NCBI GenBank assembly: GCA_964642155.1
Contig: CAZXNT010000001.1
Location: 83 to 64,082 of the forward strand
DNA from: an uncultured Candidatus Saccharibacteria bacterium
GTDB lineage: Bacteria > Patescibacteriota > Minisyncoccia > UBA6257 > UBA9933
Direction: 5' to 3'
DNA length: 64,000 nucleotides
The notes beneath the pieces were generated by a model. That model did no database searches, had not been told where the DNA came from, and was given only the letters and a program-made list of their open reading frames with translations. How positions within the stretch are numbered: position 1 is the first letter of the stretch; every line of letters begins with the position of its first letter. The position numbers were made by a program, and so were the translations under genes. Below, in pieces: positions 55,937-64,000 of this stretch.

Positions 55937-56452
55937 TCAGAGCCGAAGGCCTGAGCCTGTCGAATGGGTTGATTTCTCATTTAACACATACAAAAACATT
56001 CTCATTGGCGCAACTAACATTCCAACCAATTGCCCCAATAATACTTCTCTCGACGGCAATTGGCCAATTCGTGTTACCATCGCGCCGTCAAATGAATTCT
56101 TTTCCGCCAAATCATAACCACCCAAAATTTTAAAATTCTTGTTTTTTATTTCTTTGGAAAATTTATAAATCAAACCGGCGATTTCGGAAATATCTCCTTG
56201 CGTGGAAATAGTCCCAACCTGCAAATCAAATTGCTCCGGGTCAAAATCAAAACCGCTGTCTTTCAAAGCGATTCTTAAAAGTTTCTTTTTAAAAACTTTT
56301 AATTTCGCTCCAACGGAACTTAATAAACGGCGCAATTTTTTTATATCCTCAACCTTCGTTCCGCTAAAATCAATAAAAGCTAAAGTTCGGCTTTGTTTAA
56401 GCATACTCTTACTTTCTTCTATTTGCTGTAATTTTTGAGATTTAGTAAGCAT
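55937..56452 (-). CDS. rplJ: 50S ribosomal protein L10. Start placed at the internal Met MLTKSQK; the ORF-track start at 56527 is probably a spurious extension
   Basis: LAFIDFSGTKVEDIKKLRRLL...LKVFKKKLLRIAL fits L10; rplJ-rplL gene order. Confidence 0.75.
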   Translation of the reverse strand: MLTKSQKLQQIEESKSMLKQSRTLAFIDFSGTKVEDIKKLRRLLSSVGAKLKVFKKKLLRIALKDSGFDFDPEQFDLQVGTISTQGDISEIAGLIYKFSKEIKNKNFKILGGYDLAEKNSFDGAMVTRIGQLPSREVLLGQLVGMLVAPMRMFLYVLNEKSTHSTGSGLRL

Positions 56453-56623
56453 TTTAAATAAAAAACGGCTTTTAAAGCCGCAGACAAAAAATACGTTATC
56501 CTCGAGAGGTCTTACTGCGCCCTCCATAGCTTTAGCGAAGGAGGGTTGTGCGCCTCTTGTCTGCGGAATTTATATTATATTAGCAAATAGAATTTTAATG
56601 TCAATAACCTTAATGGCTAATAG

Positions 56624-57220
56624 CTATTCCAATATCCCGTCCAGATTCACGTCATACAAAATCTTTTCGGAAACAAGTTTGTATTTTATTATTTCTTCCG
56701 GCTTAAACCACAAATTGATTTCTTTCCCCGCATCTTCAATTGAACCCGAAGCGTGAATCAAATTACGAATCGCCCTGTTATCAGCATCCGACAATTGGTA
56801 AGAATCCAAAACAAAATCGCCGCGAATAGTGCCGACATCGGAAGTAAATGGCTCCGTGCCGCCGACTAATTTCCTCGTTAATTTAACAGCGTGAACTCCC
56901 TGCCAAACCATGGCAATCACCGGTCCGGAACACATAAATTTTTTCAAATTGTTTAAAATAATTTCCGTAATTTTATAAGGGTCATCGTGCGGCGGCTCCA
57001 ATCCCTTATCGCGATAACTTTTAATTGTTTTTTCGCCGGTTATCCGCCACCATTCCGGGTCAATTGTATAATGCTTTTCAATAAAATCATTATCCGGAAC
57101 AACCATTTTTACTGCAACTAATTTCAAACCAACCCTTTCCAGGCGTTTTATAATTTCCCCGACCAAAGACCTCTGAATCCCGTCCGGTTTTATTATTACT
57201 AATGTTTTTTCGTTTTTCAT
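56624..57220 (-). CDS. ndk: Nucleoside diphosphate kinase with ~50 aa C-terminal extension
   Basis: TLVIIKPDG; NLIHASGSIEDAGKEINLWF (active-site His). Confidence 0.85.
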   Translation of the reverse strand: MKNEKTLVIIKPDGIQRSLVGEIIKRLERVGLKLVAVKMVVPDNDFIEKHYTIDPEWWRITGEKTIKSYRDKGLEPPHDDPYKITEIILNNLKKFMCSGPVIAMVWQGVHAVKLTRKLVGGTEPFTSDVGTIRGDFVLDSYQLSDADNRAIRNLIHASGSIEDAGKEINLWFKPEEIIKYKLVSEKILYDVNLDGILE

Positions 57221-58458
57221 AATGCCAAACTATAAACTTTGTTATCATATCTATTCACAAACAGCAATTGGTTGTCAAACGGCGTAAAATGTTCGGCATC
57301 CAAAGCCGGTTCAGCTTCGCCGTAAAGCCCGCTAAAAGTATTTTGATTAATGTCAATTTCGTAAATCGCGTCCGTTGAATAAGCCGCTCTTTTAAGGTAT
57401 TCGTCCGGCAATTTCGGCTCCTGAAAACTGGTATACGATTGCGGAATAGCGCAGTAAATTTTCGCCAGCCCGATTGAACATTTATTCGGCAACGTGGAAA
57501 ATCCCATATTGGCGCGATTTGTTCCATTCTTATCAATTAAATTTAATTTCCCGTTGGCGCCTTTGCTGTCACTTTCAAACTTCAAGCCGAATTCACCGTT
57601 ATCTTTCGCCCAATTCAGCATTAAACCATTACCGGAGATAAATGGGCTTATAGTTTTATTTTTAACGTCAATCGCGAAAAATTCACTATTGTATAAATAT
57701 GACGGCTTTTGAAACAAAATTATTTTATCATTATTAAACCAGTTTAAATCAAAATCCTTCTGCGTCAAAGAAAAAATTTTTAATGTTTGTTTTTTCTTGC
57801 CGACTAAATCTCTAATCATTAAATTGCTTGTTATTTTCGCTCCGGCTTCAAGATAGGCGATTTTTGTTCCATCCGGAGAAAATGTCGCAGCTGAAACTTT
57901 TTCCAACGGCTGCCACATTTTTGAAATCAAACTAAAAAGTTCAAGTTGCGGCGAAGTCAAATTTCCATAACGGACAATCACCATTAAACCGTCATTGTTG
58001 GCTTCTATTTTTTGCAAATTTTCAAAAGTCCGGTCGCTTATCATCTCATCTTCGCCTTCTTTTGCCCTAAAAATTTGTCCGCTTTGATTAAAATAAAAAA
58101 CTTGCTTTTCCAGATTTTTAAGAGTTGAAGTTGCTGAAGACGCGGAAGAAGTGGAAGTAGCGGCTGTGGAAGTGGCGACAGTTTTCGCAACAACCGAAAC
58201 AGTCTTGGATGTCTGGTCTTGTATAAAAACTAACGGTCCGCCGGTTGCCCAATAATCAAAAACCGGCTGGTCGCTGATAATTTGCAATTTTTTCTTTTCG
58301 CCGGTTCCGGACGCGATTCCGAATTCTCCCACTTGTTCAACTCCGGCGCCGGGAGTTAAAATTTCTTTGGATTTTTTATAAGCAAAATACGCGCCGATTC
58401 CAATGGCGATAATTCCCAAAACAACGCCAATTATGATAAATATTTTTTTCTTGGTCAT
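57217..58458 (-). CDS. Membrane-anchored TolB-like beta-propeller protein with S/T-rich linker
   Basis: N-terminal TM; TSTAATSTSSASSATST linker; FSPDGTKIAYLEAG-type repeats. Confidence 0.4.
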   Translation of the reverse strand: MTKKKIFIIIGVVLGIIAIGIGAYFAYKKSKEILTPGAGVEQVGEFGIASGTGEKKKLQIISDQPVFDYWATGGPLVFIQDQTSKTVSVVAKTVATSTAATSTSSASSATSTLKNLEKQVFYFNQSGQIFRAKEGEDEMISDRTFENLQKIEANNDGLMVIVRYGNLTSPQLELFSLISKMWQPLEKVSAATFSPDGTKIAYLEAGAKITSNLMIRDLVGKKKQTLKIFSLTQKDFDLNWFNNDKIILFQKPSYLYNSEFFAIDVKNKTISPFISGNGLMLNWAKDNGEFGLKFESDSKGANGKLNLIDKNGTNRANMGFSTLPNKCSIGLAKIYCAIPQSYTSFQEPKLPDEYLKRAAYSTDAIYEIDINQNTFSGLYGEAEPALDAEHFTPFDNQLLFVNRYDNKVYSLAL

Positions 58459-58535
58459 TTTTTATTTAAAATTTAATCCAATAACTTTATTAACGATTAT
58501 TATATCATTTTAAAACGATGAAATACATGACTAAA

Positions 58536-59198
58536 TTATCGCAATAATTGGCAATTAAAATTTTTCCCAACGCTATCATTACATCCATTTAATGGACATT
58601 GACAACTTTGTTGACATTTTTCTAAATTAGGATAACTACTCATTGTGTGAGTACTAGTTATCCCAATCGCATTCGTGGTTTGATATTTACACTCATATCC
58701 TACGTTATATCGAATCGGTTCTTCTTTTTTCGATTCTTGCTTTTTTACCTCAACCGGCACTAACTTTTCCATTTCCAAATTCACCAATCTTGTGCCGCCT
58801 ATTGTCCGCAAAAGCAAATTTGCGCCCAATAACAGAACCAAGCCCCAGACAGCGCCGGTAATCCAGGAAATGGCGTCTGCTTGCCCTGATGGATTCCCCG
58901 CGGAAACCGTGTATTTTATGCCGCCAAAAATTATAGCTCCCAAAGCCGCTACTCCGACTGCGGCTAAGGCGTAATTATAAAAATTTCTTACCAAACCAGC
59001 GATGTCGCCGACCTTACCCTTACACCAAGGATATTGCTGATCGCAAGAAATATTAGATTTAGCAGTTTGATTTTCTATACATTCTTCATATTCTCCTGCC
59101 AGAAACTTTAAATCTTCACTACACGCCGCCAATGCCAAAACCGGCGCTGTTAAAATTAGAATTACAAAAAATATTAAAAAAAACTTATAAAAATTCAT
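58536..59198 (-). CDS. Secreted Cys-rich protein with VirB2/TrbC pilin-like two-helix hydrophobic core, paralog 1
   Basis: Signal peptide; FYNYALAAVGVAALGAIIFGGIKYTVSAGNPSGQADAISWITGAVWGLVLLLGANLLLRTI is two hydrophobic helices joined by a short polar loop. Confidence 0.45.
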   Translation of the reverse strand: MNFYKFFLIFFVILILTAPVLALAACSEDLKFLAGEYEECIENQTAKSNISCDQQYPWCKGKVGDIAGLVRNFYNYALAAVGVAALGAIIFGGIKYTVSAGNPSGQADAISWITGAVWGLVLLLGANLLLRTIGGTRLVNLEMEKLVPVEVKKQESKKEEPIRYNVGYECKYQTTNAIGITSTHTMSSYPNLEKCQQSCQCPLNGCNDSVGKNFNCQLLR

Positions 59199-59199
59199 A

Positions 59200-60324
59200 T
59201 TATCTTACGCCACCGCCCCCTGTATAAGGAGTCACTTTAATATTACCAATCCCTCTTTTTGCCGCTGCTTCATTTGTATAAAAACTCGTATGAGCAGAAG
59301 TAGCATAACTTACATTAAGACTATTACTCGTTCCCGTATTTTCATTTACAAGTGCCACACCATATTCATTTTTATTTGAATTTACAAAATCATAGTAAGC
59401 CTTGTTATAAGTTATATCCAAAGACGGATATCCAAACCCTTGTTCTTTGTGTTTAGCTGCTGATTCGGTGCCGCCAGTTGCTTGAATTTTTGCCACTTCA
59501 GTTGGGTTTATTTTACGAAAATCTTCCACTGTCCTTATATATAAATCTATCGTATCTCTTGGCATACCGTTGAGACTTGTTTTACATTGAGAACTACTTT
59601 GATCAGCACAAACTCCGCTCACACCGGCACTACTAGTAACTTTAATACCCGCTGTATTTAATTTTGCTATTGCTTCATCATGATTATAAAGTTTTTTCTT
59701 TTGATCTTCTGTCCAATTACTCTTATCGGTTTTTTTATTAAAAAGTTCCGGATTAGTATCATAATATCCTCCAAAATAACCTATCGCTAACTTACTTTCT
59801 CCAATCACTGTGCTCCCTTGTTTTAGCGCCTCCACTTGTACCTCCTTTAATTTCTCCAATTCTAAATTAGTCAACTTCGGGTTTATGGTCCGCAAAAGCA
59901 AATTTGCGCCCAATAACAGAACCAAGCCCCAGACAGCGCCGGTAATCCAGGAAATGGCGTCTGCTTGCCCTGATGGATTCCCCGCGGAAACCGTGTATTT
60001 TATGCCGCCAAAAATTATAGCTCCCAAAGCCGCTACTCCGACTGCGGCTAAGGCGTAATTGTAAAATTTCCTCACTAAATCAGCTATATCACTAGGCTTA
60101 TCATCACACCAAGGATATTTATATTTTTCAAGCGCGCCTCCGCAACCTACGGTAGATTGCGCTTGTGATTTTTCAGCTTGTATACACTCTTCATATACCC
60201 CTACTCCTTGAGATTCTAAGTCTTCTTTGTTGCACGCCGCCAACGCCAAAACCGGCGATATCAAAAACAAAACCGCGAACATAACGAATATAAATATAAA
60301 AAAAAAATGGTAATTATTTAACAT
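59200..60324 (-). CDS. Secreted Cys-rich protein with pilin-like core, paralog 2 (longer C-terminal domain)
   Basis: Identical 57-aa hydrophobic core. A 172-bp block is DNA-identical to paralog 1. Confidence 0.45.
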   Translation of the reverse strand: MLNNYHFFFIFIFVMFAVLFLISPVLALAACNKEDLESQGVGVYEECIQAEKSQAQSTVGCGGALEKYKYPWCDDKPSDIADLVRKFYNYALAAVGVAALGAIIFGGIKYTVSAGNPSGQADAISWITGAVWGLVLLLGANLLLRTINPKLTNLELEKLKEVQVEALKQGSTVIGESKLAIGYFGGYYDTNPELFNKKTDKSNWTEDQKKKLYNHDEAIAKLNTAGIKVTSSAGVSGVCADQSSSQCKTSLNGMPRDTIDLYIRTVEDFRKINPTEVAKIQATGGTESAAKHKEQGFGYPSLDITYNKAYYDFVNSNKNEYGVALVNENTGTSNSLNVSYATSAHTSFYTNEAAAKRGIGNIKVTPYTGGGGVR

Positions 60325-61024
60325 CTAATTTTATTTGACTGCTCGCGAATTCCATTTCATCGGCAAGATTTTTAATTATTGCCTGGATGTTAATACCGAA
60401 TCCCGAAGGCGCCAAATTATCTATGTTTAATTTTAATATGTCTGCGCTTCCAGAAGCGCTTTCCGCCGATTGGCCGTTAACCGTCCAATCAAAAGACAAT
60501 TTACTCAAATCATCAATATTAAAGAAAAAAGGATAAACATTGAATATATTGGTTCCGTTCGGCAGTTGACGGTTGGAATACGGCGCGCCAATAACAGTCT
60601 CCGGACTTGCCAAAGGAATTATAATCGTTTCGCCGATTTGTTCTCCCGCGTAATCAACAATAACAATACGCACGTTAATATCGTCATTCGCGTAATTATC
60701 AACGCCGAAATAAAAATTTTTTATCCCCAAGCCGTCGTCTTCATTTCTTTTTAATTTGTCATTCACATACCAGCGAACTTTATTTTTTGACAAATCAACA
60801 ATCCTGCCGTTTTCAATCAAATCAAAAGAAACATACATCCAGCTTCCTTTGGTCGCCAAAATCTTGCCCTGATACCACGACGGCGCGTAATTTTGCGACC
60901 GCCAAGTGGTTAAAAATCGTGGCTGTGAAACAGTTTGCGCGCTTCCTGTTTGGCTTATAAAGCCTATTAGACTTATCAGAATAATAAGTCCTATTAATCT
61001 CATGTGTCCTATTTGTTTTTTCAT
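60314..61024 (-). CDS. Hypothetical secreted protein
   Basis: Signal peptide MKKQIGHMRLIGLIILISLIGFISQTGSA. Confidence 0.4.
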   Translation of the reverse strand: MKKQIGHMRLIGLIILISLIGFISQTGSAQTVSQPRFLTTWRSQNYAPSWYQGKILATKGSWMYVSFDLIENGRIVDLSKNKVRWYVNDKLKRNEDDGLGIKNFYFGVDNYANDDINVRIVIVDYAGEQIGETIIIPLASPETVIGAPYSNRQLPNGTNIFNVYPFFFNIDDLSKLSFDWTVNGQSAESASGSADILKLNIDNLAPSGFGINIQAIIKNLADEMEFASSQIKLDVK

Positions 61025-61045
61025 TTATTTTAAAAAATTATAACA

Positions 61046-61489
61046 TTATTTTAAATTTCCTAAAAGCTTTAAAATTTTATCCCTCTGTTGTTCCGTCAAT
61101 TTATTGTTAAGCCAAATAACGATACCCAAAGTAATTGTTCGTATGGGCAAAAATCCTCCAGTGAAAGAATCAGCGGTAAAACCCACAATCAATGGCACTA
61201 TTTTTCTTTTAACTATTTGTTTGACAACAAAACCGCCGCTTACGTCTCTAAAAATTGACCAAAACAAAGTAATACTGGATACAAAAAAACCATATAGTAA
61301 AGCCATGATCCATATTATTTGTCCAATCACTGGGACGCCGAAAACAAAAGCGGAAAATAATTCAAAAGCGTCGGAGGAACCAGCGAGTATCATAAAAATG
61401 ATAATTTCCGGCAAAGAAATTTTCGCTTTTTCAGAATTTTCGAGTTCTAACTCCAATTCATCTTTTTTATTTAATTTCTCTAATTCCAT
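61046..61489 (-). CDS. Hypothetical polytopic small membrane protein
   Basis: 3-4 TM helices. Confidence 0.4.
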   Translation of the reverse strand: MELEKLNKKDELELELENSEKAKISLPEIIIFMILAGSSDAFELFSAFVFGVPVIGQIIWIMALLYGFFVSSITLFWSIFRDVSGGFVVKQIVKRKIVPLIVGFTADSFTGGFLPIRTITLGIVIWLNNKLTEQQRDKILKLLGNLK

Positions 61490-61513
61490 AATAAATTGTT
61501 ATGAATACCCTAT

Positions 61514-63253
61514 TTACTCTCCCATCTCTAAAAGTTCTTCCGGCTTGGTGGTAATTATTTTATTTTCAAAATACGACGCCAAAACCGCGATTGCCACGTG
61601 ATTCAAACCGGCAAAAAACAAACCCTCGCCGACATTGGCTTCCACGAGTAAATTTCTTTCCGCGTCGGACAAAGCGAAAGTTTTTTGCAAAACATCCATT
61701 GACGACGGAGCTTGTTTCAATAAAAGCTGAATTGAAGAGTTGGTGATAATCGGCCGTCCGTAAGGCGAATCCAAAAAATCTTCCACGTTTTGCGTGATGG
61801 TCGTAACACCCAAAAAATATTTACGGCAGCGTTTTACCAATCCGAAAAGGAAAGACGCGCTGTCCTGATATTTCATCAACCACCACGCCTCGTCAATAAT
61901 CATAATCCGTTTTTTAAATTCCGCCCGAATAAGATTCCAGACAAAATTAAGCACGATATAAATGGCGATGGGCCGCAATTCTTCTTCAAGGTCGCGAACC
62001 GAAAAAACAATCAACCTGTTTTTAATGTCAACGTTAGTTGGACGATTGGTAAATCCGGCGTAAGTGCCTTTGGTAAATTTATAAAGCCGGTCAGCCATTC
62101 CCCGTCCGCCTTCCATATTGCCGAGAATTGTTTCCAAATCTTCCAAAAGTGGCGGCTGAATGTCTGAAAAATCTTTTGTTTCAACGGTAATCCCGCGCGA
62201 AGCGTATGTTTCCGTTATCGCCCTATCTAAAATAGCGTCTTCTTCAGATGTAATTTTTCCAAACATTAATTTTAATAAACCGACTAAATTTAAAATATGG
62301 GATTTAAAAACATCCCCCGGCTCTTCGCCCTTAGGAATGATGGGAATTTCAAACGGATTAATAGTGCTTTCGGATGTTAGAGAAATTTTAAAAAAACTTC
62401 CCGCCACGGTATTGGCAAGTCGTTCGTATTCGTTTTCCGGGTCAATTATCAAAACATCCGTGCCCATTGCCAAGGAACGCAAAATTTCAAGTTTCACGGC
62501 ATAAGATTTTCCGGCGCCAGCCTTAGCAAAAACAACCGAATTGGCGTTTTCCAAAGAAAAACGGTCAAAAACAATTAAAGTGTTGTTGTGACGGTTAATG
62601 CCGTATAAAATTCCTTCATCAGAAGTAAGATTTGTTGAAACAAACGGAAAAATGGAAGAGGCCGGCCCGGAATTAAGCGGCGTCCATGTTGTAAGCTTAT
62701 CCAATCCCAACGGCAAAACCGAAGTAAATCCTTCAATCTGCTGAAAAACCGTCGGCTTGGCGTAAATCAACTGGCTTTCAAAAAGAGCGTTTATTTTCTC
62801 TTCAATCCTAAAAAGCTCGTCTAAAGAATCCGCCTGCAAAGTCATATAAACTCCCACATTAAACATTTTTTCCCTGCCTTGCTGAAGAGTATCGCGCAAA
62901 GTTTCAATATCCTGGAAAGCGGTTTCCAACATCGGGTCCCTGATAAGCCCTTTTTCTTCGCGCTCCATAAGCTGAGCTTCAATTTGTGAAGTTTTTTTAC
63001 GCAAACTTTTCATCGCCGCAACGGTATTAACCGGATGGGCAAAAATAGAAATATCCATCAATTCCGGAAGATTGACAATTTTATTAAACCATCCGGAAGA
63101 CAAATAACGCGGATAAGTGAAAAGAAATATAGTCTTCACGAATTTGTCGCCAAGCTTAAGATATGCCGGAAAATTTTCAATCGCCGCCGGCGCAATGACG
63201 TTTTTAATATCTTTCTCGGACGGCGTATATGATTGTGGGATTTTTATATTCAT
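61514..63253 (-). CDS. VirB4/TrbE/CagE-like ATPase, middle plus C-terminal ATPase portion
   Basis: Walker A AKAGAGKS; Walker B IMIIDEAWW; the VirB4 middle region comes before them. Confidence 0.75.
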   Translation of the reverse strand: MNIKIPQSYTPSEKDIKNVIAPAAIENFPAYLKLGDKFVKTIFLFTYPRYLSSGWFNKIVNLPELMDISIFAHPVNTVAAMKSLRKKTSQIEAQLMEREEKGLIRDPMLETAFQDIETLRDTLQQGREKMFNVGVYMTLQADSLDELFRIEEKINALFESQLIYAKPTVFQQIEGFTSVLPLGLDKLTTWTPLNSGPASSIFPFVSTNLTSDEGILYGINRHNNTLIVFDRFSLENANSVVFAKAGAGKSYAVKLEILRSLAMGTDVLIIDPENEYERLANTVAGSFFKISLTSESTINPFEIPIIPKGEEPGDVFKSHILNLVGLLKLMFGKITSEEDAILDRAITETYASRGITVETKDFSDIQPPLLEDLETILGNMEGGRGMADRLYKFTKGTYAGFTNRPTNVDIKNRLIVFSVRDLEEELRPIAIYIVLNFVWNLIRAEFKKRIMIIDEAWWLMKYQDSASFLFGLVKRCRKYFLGVTTITQNVEDFLDSPYGRPIITNSSIQLLLKQAPSSMDVLQKTFALSDAERNLLVEANVGEGLFFAGLNHVAIAVLASYFENKIITTKPEELLEMGE

Positions 63254-63351
63254 ATATTAATTTTCAATTTACAATTTTCAAGCATTTAATTTAAACATTG
63301 TAAATTGATTCATTGTAAATTTATTGGAAATTGATAATTAAAAATTGTAAA
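63254..63351. repeat. Family B AT-rich heptamer repeat, copy 2, interrupting the VirB4-like gene
   Basis: Shares blocks with 4925-5076 (see above). Confidence 0.6.
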
Positions 63352-64000
63352 TTATTGTTCTTTAGCTATTTTTAATTCCTTCCTCTCCACTTTTGCCGGA
63401 TTGTAATAATTATAAAACAATTCTATCAGCTCTTCATTGTTTAAGGCGACTGCCCGAAGCCCGATTTGATTTAAGCCGTCTATCACCTGTTCGGTTCTTT
63501 GGTTTAATTGAATTGTTTTTTGCTCCTCGCCTTCGTCTTTTTTATTTTTATCTTTTTTCTTTTCCCAAAATTTCAAACCGAAAAGCAAATCTGAAGTGGC
63601 TCCGGAAATCTGAATCGGGTCGTAAGGCACAACCGCGAAAAAAGTTTTTGCCATTACCGCGTTTTGTTCAACAAACGATTTGATAAATTCCATGTATTCT
63701 GAAATTTGATTTCTTAAAAGCTCGTTTTCTTCCTGCTCTCCCCTTTTTTTAAGATTTTCAATATAAGCGTCTATGTTCATTTTGCGGGAATGAATGACAA
63801 ACTGCATTGAAAAATCCAGCATGTTTAAAAAATTCTGGAAGGCGTAAAGAATAATATTTTGTTCTTCTTCCGATTTAAGGTCAAAATTTATTCCGGAAAC
63901 CATCAAAACGCGACGCAATCCGCCGTTTTTCAAAATAACTATTCCGTTTTTAATTTCCGCGATATCAACAAATTGTTGAGTCGCAACACTTTGTTCCTTT
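63352..64000 (-). CDS. VirB4-like N-terminal domain. The ORF is open to the window edge; the ORF-track start at 63933 is a TTG inside a longer frame
   Basis: The frame stays open upstream of 63933 (..FVDIAEIKNGIVILKNGGLRRVLMVSGINFDLKSEEEQNIILYAFQNFLNMLD...). This is the typical VirB4 N-terminal layout. Confidence 0.6.
   Translation of the reverse strand, partial: KEQSVATQQFVDIAEIKNGIVILKNGGLRRVLMVSGINFDLKSEEEQNIILYAFQNFLNMLDFSMQFVIHSRKMNIDAYIENLKKRGEQEENELLRNQISEYMEFIKSFVEQNAVMAKTFFAVVPYDPIQISGATSDLLFGLKFWEKKKDKNKKDEGEEQKTIQLNQRTEQVIDGLNQIGLRAVALNNEELIELFYNYYNPAKVERKELKIAKEQ

Noticed and set aside
55937-56527. The ribosomal protein L10 start at 56527
   Set aside because: The first 25 residues (MEGAVRPLEDNVFFVCGF...) are not L10-like. 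The conserved L10 N-terminus begins at the internal Met (MLTKSQK), at about 56452.
58792-60058. Identical 60-82-aa plus-strand ORFs (58792..58974 and 59810..60058)
   Set aside because: They are antisense to the duplicated pilin-like core block. They are identical only because the DNA block is duplicated.

Overview
This 64 kb window looks like a low-GC, small-genome bacterium of the Patescibacteria/CPR type. The evidence is a short 146-aa EF-Ts, archaeal-type TyrRS and AspRS, dense packing, and few operon conventions. Nearly all genes are on the minus strand.

The first ~42 kb is mostly housekeeping. It holds htpX, rseP, frr, a holB-like gene, mreB, murA, tgt, aspS, sod, rpmG, tyrS, tsf, rpsB, def, fmt, rpoC, rpoB, mltG, a SEDS protein, tsaD and a mitochondrial-type single-chain PheRS. 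It also holds two PAS sensor kinases, a receiver-only response regulator, a GGDEF protein, a hicAB pair and seven tRNAs (Ser, Trp, Thr x2, Tyr, Glu, Val).

What stands out: (1) At 1-860, the 3' end of a large serine recombinase reads into a tRNA remnant beside tRNA-Ser. (2) A ~155-bp palindromic MITE-like element sits in two copies (6085-6242, 14307-14458), each exactly between a stop codon and the next ATG. (3) A second AT-rich heptamer-repeat family lies upstream of two minus-strand genes and splits a VirB4-like gene. (4) In-frame heptanucleotide microsatellites occur inside tsaD, fmt and one Cys-rich gene. (5) A 77-bp tandem repeat carries 5' tRNA-Thr fragments. (6) A degraded ~5 kb integrated element (22.7-27.6 kb) carries Bro-N, a methyltransferase, HIT and an integrase remnant. 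(7) An accessory locus (43-64 kb) runs from a consensus sigma70, leaderless promoter. It encodes a sigma region-4 HTH protein, a membrane protein, a membrane-anchored HEPN-like protein, three tandem paralogous large Cys-rich zinc-ribbon proteins, two soluble VirD4/TraD-like ATPases and CutA. Next to it are pilin-like paralogs and a split VirB4-like ATPase. I could not place the Cys-rich triplet in any family I know, and it is my best candidate for an undescribed system.

All coordinates were counted by hand and may be off by 1-2 nt.
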